Below, in pieces: positions 16,202 through 25,471 of a DNA stretch of 25,981 nucleotides. The position numbers and the translations under genes were made by a program. How positions within the stretch are numbered: position 1 is the stretch's first letter; every line of letters begins with the position of its first letter. A model generated the notes under the pieces. The model made no database searches, was not told the origin of the DNA, and saw nothing but the letters and a program-made list of their open reading frames with translations. The DNA comes from Promethearchaeota archaeon (GTDB lineage Archaea > Asgardarchaeota > Lokiarchaeia > Sigyniarchaeales > SOKP01), in NCBI GenBank assembly GCA_048941015.1, contig JBHLNZ010000045.1, positions 1-25,981 of the forward strand, written 5' to 3'.

Positions 16202-16882
16202 ATGAAAATTGTAGTTAGTGGTCCGTTGCAGTGTGGAAAGTCAAGTTTTATCCGCAAGCTAGATGAGAATGCGCTAAATGTTGAAGCAAAAGCTCGTGAC
16301 AATAAATACTATACTGTCGGAATGGATCTAGGGTGCGTGAAACTCAATGGATTTGACGTCTTTTTATTTGGTACTCCTGGCTTACTAAGATTCAACGTTA
16401 TGAGAGATGTTGTAATTAGAGGTACAGACGGATTAATTTTTATTTTTGATGCGGCTCATCCAGAAAAAGACGAGGATGCTATCGTAATTTTGAACTCAAT
16501 AAGAAAATTGATTGATCCTGACGCACCAATAGTATATTTGGCTAATAAACAAGATATTGCTGGAGCGCGTCATCCCGAGGTGGTTAAAACTCAAAATTAT
16601 TTACCCCAGGAAGCTATTATCTTTGGTACAAGTACTAAAACTGGAGAAAATCTTGAAGAAGCATTGAAGAATCTTGTCAACCAAATCTATGAAAACTATT
16701 CATCTCTTATTAAAATTCTGAAGACATATGAAGAAGATATCCCTGGTTTAGCGGAAAAGTTAGAAAAAGGCCCGAAAGAAATGAGAGATTTTCTGAATAA
16801 TCTTGAGATTAAAAGATTTATTGAAATTGATCGTCAGAAAAAAACTTTTAAAGTAAAACACGGTTTAAAACTTTTAATTTAA
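16202..16882 (+). CDS. Small GTPase (MglA/conservon/Arf-like) with a C-terminal winged-helix-like extension
   Basis: G1 GPLQCGKSS, G2 TVGMD, G3 GTPGL, G4 NKQD, G5 STK; about 60 extra C-terminal residues in a helix-helix-beta hairpin pattern. Confidence 0.9.
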   Translation: MKIVVSGPLQCGKSSFIRKLDENALNVEAKARDNKYYTVGMDLGCVKLNGFDVFLFGTPGLLRFNVMRDVVIRGTDGLIFIFDAAHPEKDEDAIVILNSIRKLIDPDAPIVYLANKQDIAGARHPEVVKTQNYLPQEAIIFGTSTKTGENLEEALKNLVNQIYENYSSLIKILKTYEEDIPGLAEKLEKGPKEMRDFLNNLEIKRFIEIDRQKKTFKVKHGLKLLI

Positions 16883-16890
16883 TAACTAGA

Positions 16891-17517
16891 TTATTCTCTT
16901 TGCATCTTTTTCTTCTCAATCTTATTAGCTGCTTTAAGAATAAAATAGCTGATTAATGAGCCTACTAGAAAAGGTACTAATATTTGGAGCCATAATAATT
17001 CAATTTCTAATAGATAAGTGGGGGGATCATGCTGAAGATTTGGTGGGATCGTTCTCAGATAATAGGAAAATGCAGAGGTTATCCATGTATAAGCCCATGC
17101 GATAAAAGTGGCAATTCCTAACCATTTTCCCTTTTTATAGATTGAGGCTTTTTTAAAATATGAGATATAGGTTTTCCATATAATTACTGCCATGACAGCA
17201 AAACTTGGCCAAACATGGATATTAAATGAAGGATCTCCTCCTTCAAAGGGGGGGATGTTAAAAATTAATGCTCCAATAAACCCTGATAAACCCGCAAATA
17301 AGCCTAGGAAATACAATGTAGTTGCAAATCCACCAAAAGCTCGGTGAGCTCGAAATAATACGTCATTAGTTTTTAATATTCCTATTTTTTTCTTTTTATA
17401 TGCTGCGTAGGCTCCGGTTGCTAATTGTACCGTAGCACATAAACAACCCAACATAGTTATTATCGTATTGAATTCCGCGACAGAATATGTTATTCCTCCT
17501 GTTGTTGCAAATATCAT
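16891..17517 (-). CDS. Integral membrane protein (about 5 TM) with His residues at helix ends; possibly cytochrome b561/DUF6529-like
   Basis: Five hydrophobic segments; AHRAFG and NIHVWP precede TM2 and TM3. The gene is well supported; the family call is tentative. Confidence 0.75.
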   Translation of the reverse strand: MIFATTGGITYSVAEFNTIITMLGCLCATVQLATGAYAAYKKKKIGILKTNDVLFRAHRAFGGFATTLYFLGLFAGLSGFIGALIFNIPPFEGGDPSFNIHVWPSFAVMAVIIWKTYISYFKKASIYKKGKWLGIATFIAWAYTWITSAFSYYLRTIPPNLQHDPPTYLLEIELLWLQILVPFLVGSLISYFILKAANKIEKKKMQRE

Positions 17518-17595
17518 CTTAAATTGACCTTTATTATATTTTCTTTATTTATTTTAATTAGTAATTAAAAGAATTATAAAATTTTTGAATATAAT

Positions 17596-19509
17596 TTATA
17601 ATTCTGAAGGTAAAATTAAATCTTTATTGTATTGATTCCTTACTTTCTTTAGTTCATCTCTTTGCCTATAAAGAGTTTCCCAGAAAAATTGAGGGATATT
17701 TTTCTCCTTTTTGTAAATCTTTTCAATTCTATCTAATTTTTCAAGTAATTGCGATACTCTTATGGAGAATTGTTCTTCAAAATCTTTTTCAGAATATATT
17801 TTATTAAGATAAGTATTAAAAAGTTGTTTAAGATCGTGATATTTTGGTATATATCCAATAGGGGTCTTTATTACGTCAAATTCATTATTACATCGCCCAT
17901 TTGCCCATAAAACCCAAACCAATTTGTCTAACATCCCATTCAAATACTTTCCCTCTTCATTTTTTAAGAAATAGTTTGTAGCAAAGATTTTAGGTGGATA
18001 TTTCAAACGAGCACCAAATTTCTGATGATTTTTTAAATATTTTCCTATAGGAACCACTATAAAGTCGAGATTTGCCATTGGCTGCCAAGATCTCACACCT
18101 TCAGCACCAAGAGTGGCAGATGTTGTTTCAGATTCAATAGAAGCACCTAAAAAGACTCCATTTTCCCAATCTATGCTTTCAAGTACTGGAGGCATTGTAT
18201 CGCTATCTCTACCTCCATAAAAAATACCATGAATGGGTACTCCATCAGGATTATGAAGATTAGGATCAGTATTGCTAAGTTCTTCAAGACGTATTGTATA
18301 ACGAGCATTTGGATGAGCTAGTGGAATTTCTTTACCATTTTTATCTTTCTTACCTTTATACCAGTTTCCCGAAAAATTAAATCCTTTATCTGGAATTTCT
18401 CTCCCATCTCCAATCCAATAGGGAGTTTCAGTTTCAGTTTCAATAAGCACATTAGAAAAAATAGTCTCTCGAGGTGAAGTTAACGCTTTAAAAATAAGGG
18501 GGTCATCTTTTGCATTCACATCCTTTATAATTCCAAAAATTCCTCTTTCAATGTTTACTGCATGAGCATAACCATCATCCCAAACTCGAAGATATGCTAT
18601 ATCATCTCCGACTATTTGTTGTCCAGGGAGCATTGCAGTGCTTGTTTTTCCACAAGCAGAAGGATATGCTCCACAAAAGTATGTTATTCTGTTTTTGTTA
18701 TCAGGAAGTGCTCCCATAATAAAGTAGTGCTCCGTAAGCCAATCCTCGTTATTTGCTTTATAAATTCCTAATCTTAGAGCAAGTTTTTTCAGTCCTATTG
18801 AATTTCCGGCATATTGATTATTTACTGAGAGGACACGACTTTCTTTCAAATCTATATAAATTCTACGGTTTTCAAGATTTTTCGTAACAGGGGGGTCTCC
18901 AATCAAATCTCCTGAAGAGTGAATAAAGTAAAAAAATTCATCAGAACCTTTTAGTCGTTTAAACTCCTCATAACCAGATCGGTATAGGAGATCTTCAGAA
19001 TGAGCAACATAAAAGGAATCAGTTAATTGCAGAGCAAGAATTGAAAACTTAGAGTTTACAGGACCCAAACAGAAAAACCTTACAAGACATTCATGCCCTT
19101 TCATACAACCATCCATTATTTCCAAGATTTCACTTAATCCTTCGTTTCTATCCATAGTATTTATCCAAGGATATACATTGTCGTCTTCTTTAGGTATCAA
19201 GACTTGTGTATGCTCCTTATCTCGAGCTTGATCATGATTTGCCATAGTTATAAAGCCATCAAAATGAACTGTATTCCCTTCCAATTTTAACTTTTGCTCT
19301 TCTCCGATTTGAATCGTTTTGTGTCTTACGTAATCGATATCTTGTTTAGAATCTGAAATTACTGAGATCTTACTTGGTTTGCATAGATCGGTAAATTGAG
19401 TTATAATACGTAAAACGTGATTATTTTTTAGAGCAAGTAATTTCTCGAAATCTTTTTGTGATAAAAGATCCTTCTTAACGTAATCATTAATTGTATCTAA
19501 AGAATCCAT
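17596..19509 (-). CDS. pckG: Phosphoenolpyruvate carboxykinase (GTP)
   Basis: DQARD, YAGNSIGLKKLALR, WLTEH, YPSACGKTS, VGDDIAY, AHPNARYT, FYGGRD. ATG at 19509 preferred over the track's TTG at 19527. Confidence 0.95.
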   Translation of the reverse strand: MDSLDTINDYVKKDLLSQKDFEKLLALKNNHVLRIITQFTDLCKPSKISVISDSKQDIDYVRHKTIQIGEEQKLKLEGNTVHFDGFITMANHDQARDKEHTQVLIPKEDDNVYPWINTMDRNEGLSEILEIMDGCMKGHECLVRFFCLGPVNSKFSILALQLTDSFYVAHSEDLLYRSGYEEFKRLKGSDEFFYFIHSSGDLIGDPPVTKNLENRRIYIDLKESRVLSVNNQYAGNSIGLKKLALRLGIYKANNEDWLTEHYFIMGALPDNKNRITYFCGAYPSACGKTSTAMLPGQQIVGDDIAYLRVWDDGYAHAVNIERGIFGIIKDVNAKDDPLIFKALTSPRETIFSNVLIETETETPYWIGDGREIPDKGFNFSGNWYKGKKDKNGKEIPLAHPNARYTIRLEELSNTDPNLHNPDGVPIHGIFYGGRDSDTMPPVLESIDWENGVFLGASIESETTSATLGAEGVRSWQPMANLDFIVVPIGKYLKNHQKFGARLKYPPKIFATNYFLKNEEGKYLNGMLDKLVWVLWANGRCNNEFDVIKTPIGYIPKYHDLKQLFNTYLNKIYSEKDFEEQFSIRVSQLLEKLDRIEKIYKKEKNIPQFFWETLYRQRDELKKVRNQYNKDLILPSEL

Positions 19510-19559
19510 TTTTTCTCGATAAATCAATCTATACTTTCAAAAGTGAAAATATCGTTAAA

Positions 19560-19575
19560 ATATTTTCGAAAATAT
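19560..19575. promoter_or_regulatory. Perfect 16-bp palindrome upstream of pckG
   Basis: ATATTTTCGAAAATAT, about 50 nt upstream of ATG 19509. Confidence 0.4.
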
Positions 19576-19604
19576 AAGAATTAAGCTAAAAACAGTTAAA
19601 TTTT

Positions 19605-19617
19605 AAAAAAAAAAAAA
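19605..19617 (-). terminator. Oligo-T terminator of the ThDP enzyme / dehydrogenase pair
   Basis: A13 on the plus strand is T13 on the transcribed strand, 23 nt after the dehydrogenase stop. Confidence 0.55.
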
Positions 19618-19640
19618 TAAAAATATAAATTATTAATTTT

Positions 19641-20654
19641 TTAGGGTTCAACTAATATTTTAATTTCTTTAGTTTCGGGATCCATTGCACATTCGAAACC
19701 CTCTTCAACAATATCATCTAAGGGAATAATTTTTGTTACAATGGGTTCGGGATCTATTAAGTCTTTAGCAACTAACTCGACTGCGTATTCAAAATCCTTT
19801 TTTGTATAAGACCAAGCACCTTGGATTCTAATTTGATTCATTACGTACTTAAGTAGATTGATTTCGACTGCCCTATCCCATATACCTACCTGAACGACTG
19901 TACCACCTTTACGTACAACATCAATTGCTGCGTTAACCAATAAGGGAACTCCTGAACATTCAAATACGTAATCTACACCACCGTAGTTCCGTTTAGGGAA
20001 CCTTTTAATTTTAGCTAAAGCTAATTTATTTAAAGCTAAGTCTGGTTTAAACTTTTTAGCAATTTCTAATCTATAGGGGTTTTTTTCAACTACAGCAACA
20101 GCTCTAGCACCAGCTATACTTAAATATTGGAGTAAGAACTGTCCCATAGTTCCCATTCCTAATATCACACAATAACTTCCTGGGATAAAGTTGGCTTCCC
20201 TTAGAGCAAGTGGAGAGGTAGCAATTTGATCGAAAATAGTACCATATTTATCAGGAATAGTTTCTGGAAGAGGAACAAGATTTTCTTCTTTAACAAGTAC
20301 ATATTCTGCATGCCCTCCATTCTGACCTATACCTATTGAATCTTCATAAATACATAAATTATCATGTCCAGTTTGGCAAAAATGACATTTTCCGCAGCAA
20401 ATACCTGGAAATATCGTGACTCTGTCATTAACTTCCCAATTTTTAACCTCAGGACCCAACTCCGCTATACTACCAGTAATTTCATGACCCAATACAACCT
20501 TCATAGGATATAAACCAGTTTTATACGCTTCGAGATCAGATCCACAAATCCCAGAATATTTTACTTTAACTAAGATTTCTCCCTTTTGAGGAGTAGGTTT
20601 TGGAATATCTATAATACTTATAATACCTTTTCCTTCATACTTTGCTGCTTGCAA
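19641..20654 (-). CDS. Zn-dependent medium-chain dehydrogenase (butanediol/threonine/sorbitol dehydrogenase-like)
   Basis: GICGSD, LGHE, structural Zn CGKCHFC..NLC, GMGTMG Rossmann motif with a downstream Glu (NAD preference); TTG start 11 nt after the upstream stop. Confidence 0.9.
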   Translation of the reverse strand: MQAAKYEGKGIISIIDIPKPTPQKGEILVKVKYSGICGSDLEAYKTGLYPMKVVLGHEITGSIAELGPEVKNWEVNDRVTIFPGICCGKCHFCQTGHDNLCIYEDSIGIGQNGGHAEYVLVKEENLVPLPETIPDKYGTIFDQIATSPLALREANFIPGSYCVILGMGTMGQFLLQYLSIAGARAVAVVEKNPYRLEIAKKFKPDLALNKLALAKIKRFPKRNYGGVDYVFECSGVPLLVNAAIDVVRKGGTVVQVGIWDRAVEINLLKYVMNQIRIQGAWSYTKKDFEYAVELVAKDLIDPEPIVTKIIPLDDIVEEGFECAMDPETKEIKILVEP

Positions 20655-20665
20655 ATTTTATCAAC

Positions 20666-22459
20666 CTATTTTTTAGCTGTTGTTTCTACGGTAACGAATT
20701 TAACTTGCTTTTTTACTTCACGTTCATAAGCACTTGGTTTATAGGCTCCTGCAGCGAGATAATCCATAACGGTATTCACTTTTGGATTGATTCGGACATC
20801 AATTACGGCAGGAAGTTTTGAATCGAAAGCTCTTTGTAATGCAGGACGGATTTGATTGGGATCACTTATTAATTCACCGTAGCAATTAAAAGCTTCAGCA
20901 TATTTGTCATACCTTGTATCATCACTCAAGGAAGAAGCTAAACCGAAAGCCTTCTTACCATGTGCTAATTTCTGGACACGTGCTACCATACCCCATAATC
21001 TGTCATTACTTATTACGACCACAATAGGTAAATTATGTCTTCTAGCAGTATCAATCTCTTTCCCATTAAATAAGAAAGAACCATCACCAGTCAATACTAA
21101 TACTTTTTTGTTTGGATAGACATATTTTGTTGCGATTGCAGCTGGTAACCCTCCACCTAGATGCTGTATTCCTAATCCTCCTGAAAAATAGACAGACTTT
21201 GGGAAGTGAGATTTCAAAAATGTGAGGCCCCATACAGTTGTATCCCCGCCATCTAAAATGATAATATCATCTTTTGACATAAAATCAGCGATTTCCTTTA
21301 CAAGACGTTGTGGTTGAATAGGAATTTTATCAGAAGAACCCTCCTTTTCTATTCTTTCTTCAAATTTTTGAAGTTGATCATGGACAGTTTCATTCCAATT
21401 TGTTTCGGATCGTGGAGAAGATAACATCTCATTAGCAAATTTATTGCATTGCTTTAATACACCTTTTATATCACCTATGATGGGAACATGGATCGCTCGG
21501 TTTCTTCCTAATTCTTCTGCTTTAATGTCTACTTGAATTATTTTTGCTTCATCAGAAAAGCAAGGCATATAACCAAAATTCATAAGTTCGGTAATTCTGG
21601 CTCCTAATAATAAAACTACATCCACCTTCTGCAACAAGACTGTCCCAGGACCATCTAAGGGACTTGCCAATCCAAAATACATAGGATGATCCGGTGGAAA
21701 TGAACCCAATCCAAAACCCCACACACCTACCGGAATTTTAGTTAATTCAGCAAATTTAATTAACTCACTTGAAGCTCCTGAAAAATTTGTTCCAGTTCCA
21801 GCAATTATTAAGGGTCGTTCTGCATTTAATAATAAATCTACAGCCTTTTTAACAAGGTCTTCATTGCCGTAAGGGCCTGCTTTTGCTCTTAGCATTTCGG
21901 TTGGCATAAAGGCTTGTTGAATTATATCTAATTCACCATCACTTTCCTTAACCATAACATCAACTGGAACAAGAAGTAGTACAGGTCCCGGTCGCCCTGT
22001 TGTTGCTATTCTAAATGCCATATTTACATATTCTGGCAATCTTGCCGTTTCATAACAATAACCTGCCCATTTAGTAACTGGTCGAAAAGAAGGAACAACA
22101 TCAACCTCATTCATTGCTAATTTTTCAAAATTCATCATAGGAGTACTGGTACAAATTGCGACGATAGGGATACTTGAATCATAAGCAATTGGGATTGCTG
22201 GGAATAGATCAGTAATACCCGGCCCAGATTGGACAGAGCATACCCCAACTTCACCTGTAGCAAGATAATAGCCCATAGCAGCATGTCCTGTAGCCTGTTC
22301 ATGACGAAAATCAATTAAATCTATACCAGTTTCAGTACACTCCTTATCATTGCAGTAATTATAAATCATATCATTATCGCCGCATAAAGTCCAAATTACT
22401 TTTACTCCTTGATTACTTAAAGCGCGAACAATGAGTTGCGCTCCATTAACTTTTACCAT
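20666..22459 (-). CDS. Thiamine diphosphate-dependent enzyme, acetolactate synthase superfamily (ILVBL/2-hydroxyacyl-CoA lyase-like)
   Basis: RHEQ catalytic Glu, SGPG, GRPGPV, DGGD, GDGSF..NDRLWG ThDP motif; AGGAG RBS; no regulatory small subunit gene nearby. Confidence 0.88.
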   Translation of the reverse strand: MVKVNGAQLIVRALSNQGVKVIWTLCGDNDMIYNYCNDKECTETGIDLIDFRHEQATGHAAMGYYLATGEVGVCSVQSGPGITDLFPAIPIAYDSSIPIVAICTSTPMMNFEKLAMNEVDVVPSFRPVTKWAGYCYETARLPEYVNMAFRIATTGRPGPVLLLVPVDVMVKESDGELDIIQQAFMPTEMLRAKAGPYGNEDLVKKAVDLLLNAERPLIIAGTGTNFSGASSELIKFAELTKIPVGVWGFGLGSFPPDHPMYFGLASPLDGPGTVLLQKVDVVLLLGARITELMNFGYMPCFSDEAKIIQVDIKAEELGRNRAIHVPIIGDIKGVLKQCNKFANEMLSSPRSETNWNETVHDQLQKFEERIEKEGSSDKIPIQPQRLVKEIADFMSKDDIIILDGGDTTVWGLTFLKSHFPKSVYFSGGLGIQHLGGGLPAAIATKYVYPNKKVLVLTGDGSFLFNGKEIDTARRHNLPIVVVISNDRLWGMVARVQKLAHGKKAFGLASSLSDDTRYDKYAEAFNCYGELISDPNQIRPALQRAFDSKLPAVIDVRINPKVNTVMDYLAAGAYKPSAYEREVKKQVKFVTVETTAKK

Positions 22460-22609
22460 TATTAAATAACTCCTATTTTCTAGGTTTTTTTAATTAAATT
22501 ATTTAGTATTTAAACCTAAGAATATTTAATATTTGAATTTCAATAAAAAAATTAAAAGTAAAATTAAACCAAAAAAATTAAAAAAATTAAAGAAAAAGTA
22601 GATTGATTA

Positions 22610-24196
22610 TTAGTCTAATTTTGATTTGCTTCCTTTTGCATTTATGATTCGATCTACTCTTAAGATTAAGTTAGCTAATTCACTTCCGGACTTAATAATA
22701 TGTCTTATTAAGACTGTCGGTTCAATTATTCCTTTTTTGAAATTGTCCCCTATAGTATTAGTAATAGTATCTATACCATACCATTTATCTTCGTCTGTTT
22801 TATGAGAAGCCCTTAATTCAGTTAATTTGTCAATTTCATCCAAACCAGCATTTTTAATCAGAGTTTTAGGAATTTCTTCAAGTGCTAAGGCAAAAGCATT
22901 TATTGCAAGTTGCTCCTTACCACTGATTTCATTAGCATAACCTCTTAATTCTTTTGCTAGTTCTAAATATACTGCTCCTCCACCAGCTACTACCGATTGA
23001 GTATCCATAATCTTAGCAATTACTGAAAGGACATCCTTCAAAGCAAGTTCAGCGGAATTTAATAGTTTATCAAGGCCACCTTTTAATAAAATTGAAACTG
23101 CTTTAGGATTTTTACATCCAGTAAGGATCGTATAATCATCTTTATCAATTTTTTCAAATTTTACAGTCTCTGCATATCCTAAATCTTCTTCTGATAATGA
23201 CAGTAAATCATCTACTCTTTTTGCTCCAACAGCTTTTAATACTGCATTCATATCACTATCTCCTAAGTTTTTTATTGCTACTATGCCTTCTCTTGCCAGA
23301 TATGCACCAAATTTATCAGATATGTCTTGACTATTAATAACCATATTCACTCCTAAATCATTAAATATTTTTAAATAATCTTTAAGTATTTTTTCTTCTT
23401 GGTCTAAGAATTTTTGAATATCACTAGGAGCGGAGATTCGAATTTGGGCATCAAATTCGGTTTTCTTGACGTCTAATTTTCTTCTTACAACAGCGATTTG
23501 TGCATTTTTTATAATATCGGGCATCGCAGGATTTACTTTTTCTTTTTGAATGTAAACTCCATTAATTAATTCAGATTCTTTCAGAGATTTACCCGGTGCT
23601 TTTACTATCTTCACGTTTCCAACCTTAGAAAAAACATTTCCGTCCTCATCAGCTATATGTTTGACAGCATCTAAAGCAAGTTTTGCGAAATGATCTTTTG
23701 CAGCTACGATATCTTTTGAATTCATAGCGGTAATAGCAGCATCTATATATTTTTTATCATCCTCTTTAGATATTTTAGCTGCAATTTTATCTAAAATCTC
23801 TATGGCTTTATCAGATGCTAATTTAAATCCGTGTGTAATTGGTTTCGGATGAATATCTTGTTCAATCAATTCCAATGCATTTGATAATAAAGCGGCAGCA
23901 AATATGACAGCAGAGGTTGTTCCATCTCCAACTTCCTCATCAATAGCTTTTGCAACATTAACCATCATGTTAGCAGCAACATTTTCAATATCTAGCTTTT
24001 TTAAGATCTCAGCTCCATCATTTGTTATAATAATATCGCCTACAGAATCGACTATCATTTTATTCATACCTTTTGGGCCTAATGTTGACTTTACCATCTC
24101 AGTAATTGCCATAATAGCATTGATATTTTGAGTTCGAGCTTCCCGTTCTTTAGTTTCTTCTGTTCCTTCTTTTAAAATTAATATTGGTACTGACAT
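22610..24196 (-). CDS. ths: Group II chaperonin (thermosome/CCT) subunit
   Basis: STLGPKGM, TNDGA, GDGTTS, helical protrusion KKTEFDAQIRI, AGGGA, LRVD; AGGAGGT RBS at 24203-24209. Confidence 0.95.
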   Translation of the reverse strand: MSVPILILKEGTEETKEREARTQNINAIMAITEMVKSTLGPKGMNKMIVDSVGDIIITNDGAEILKKLDIENVAANMMVNVAKAIDEEVGDGTTSAVIFAAALLSNALELIEQDIHPKPITHGFKLASDKAIEILDKIAAKISKEDDKKYIDAAITAMNSKDIVAAKDHFAKLALDAVKHIADEDGNVFSKVGNVKIVKAPGKSLKESELINGVYIQKEKVNPAMPDIIKNAQIAVVRRKLDVKKTEFDAQIRISAPSDIQKFLDQEEKILKDYLKIFNDLGVNMVINSQDISDKFGAYLAREGIVAIKNLGDSDMNAVLKAVGAKRVDDLLSLSEEDLGYAETVKFEKIDKDDYTILTGCKNPKAVSILLKGGLDKLLNSAELALKDVLSVIAKIMDTQSVVAGGGAVYLELAKELRGYANEISGKEQLAINAFALALEEIPKTLIKNAGLDEIDKLTELRASHKTDEDKWYGIDTITNTIGDNFKKGIIEPTVLIRHIIKSGSELANLILRVDRIINAKGSKSKLD

Positions 24197-24416
24197 ATAT
24201 ATACCTCCTAAAATCTATTACATGTTTTTCAATAGAATATTAAAATTTTTGGTATAAACTAACTGAATTTATTAATATACTAGATTTTAAGAATTTTATG
24301 ATTTAGAGATCATTTATAAATAAAAATGAAATTTTTTCACTAGCAAAGATAAATTATAAATGTTTTTTAAAATACATAATATTAGTTTTAAATTTGAATA
24401 ACATTCTATTTCTAAA

Positions 24417-24878
24417 ATGAAAAAAGAAAAGATTCTTGATGAAATCGATCGAAATATTATTCGTATTCTTCAAGAAAATGCGAAAACGTCTTATCGGGAA
24501 ATTCAAGAGAAATTAGGAATTTCTATTGGGACCATTCATAACAGGATTACTAAACTTGAGAATAATCAGATTATTGAGGGTTACACAGTTAATCTTAATA
24601 ACGAGAAACTTGGTTATAAATTAAGCTTTTTAATTAGAATACAAATAGATGGTAAACACACTAGCGAAATCCTAGATAAAATTAAAGATAAACCAGAAGT
24701 ATGTTCAGTTTTTCATACAACGGGTGAACAATCTGCTTGTTTAATATGTCGATTTAAAGAATCTGGAGATGTTCATGATTTTATAAGAGAACTAAATGAA
24801 GAAGAATATGTTACTAAAACGATTTCTAACATGGTTTTAAAAGAATATAAAAATACATCATCCATTATTGGATTATAG
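24417..24878 (+). CDS. Lrp/AsnC family transcriptional regulator
   Basis: LDEIDRNIIRILQENAKTSYREI..LGISIGTIHNRITKLE, TTGE RAM-domain motif. Confidence 0.93.
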   Translation: MKKEKILDEIDRNIIRILQENAKTSYREIQEKLGISIGTIHNRITKLENNQIIEGYTVNLNNEKLGYKLSFLIRIQIDGKHTSEILDKIKDKPEVCSVFHTTGEQSACLICRFKESGDVHDFIRELNEEEYVTKTISNMVLKEYKNTSSIIGL

Positions 24879-24914
24879 ATTGAAAAAAATGATTAATTAG
24901 AGAAATGCTACTTA

Positions 24915-25319
24915 TTACTTTTCCTTTTCTGGATCAAATTTCAAAGAAATGGAATTTACACAGTATCTCAAACCTGTTGGTTTTGGACCATCTTTGAAAA
25001 CATGGCCTAAGTGTCCTTTACAATTTTTGCATAATATCTCTTTCCTAATCATTCCATTACTAAGATCGGTTTCTGTTTCTATATTTGATTGTTCAATTGG
25101 AGCATAAAAGCTTGGCCAACCAGAACCGGATTCAAATTTTGTTTCTGAATCAAAAAGAGGTACACCACACCCAGCGCAGTAATAAGTTCCTTTTTCATGA
25201 TTATTCCAGTATTTCCCCGAAAATGGTCTTTCGGTTCCTTTCTTTCGAAGTACTTCATACTGTTCCGGTGTTAACTTATCTTTCCATTCATCATCTGAAT
25301 TTTTCTTTTTACTCTTCAT
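24915..25319 (-). CDS. msrB: Peptide-methionine (R)-S-oxide reductase MsrB
   Basis: GTERPF, CAGC and CKNC Zn ligands, GWPSF, HLGHVF.DGP, RYCVNS catalytic Cys. Confidence 0.97.
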   Translation of the reverse strand: MKSKKKNSDDEWKDKLTPEQYEVLRKKGTERPFSGKYWNNHEKGTYYCAGCGVPLFDSETKFESGSGWPSFYAPIEQSNIETETDLSNGMIRKEILCKNCKGHLGHVFKDGPKPTGLRYCVNSISLKFDPEKEK

Positions 25320-25471
25320 AATATTTAAATAAACATAAAACGAATAGTTATAAGTTTTGATTATAAATCTTTAATAAAATAATCATTTCATTATAAATGG
25401 GATAATAAAATCTAAGTAAAAATATTTGAAATATAATAATCTTGATTAAATTTTAATAAAGTTACCAAAAA

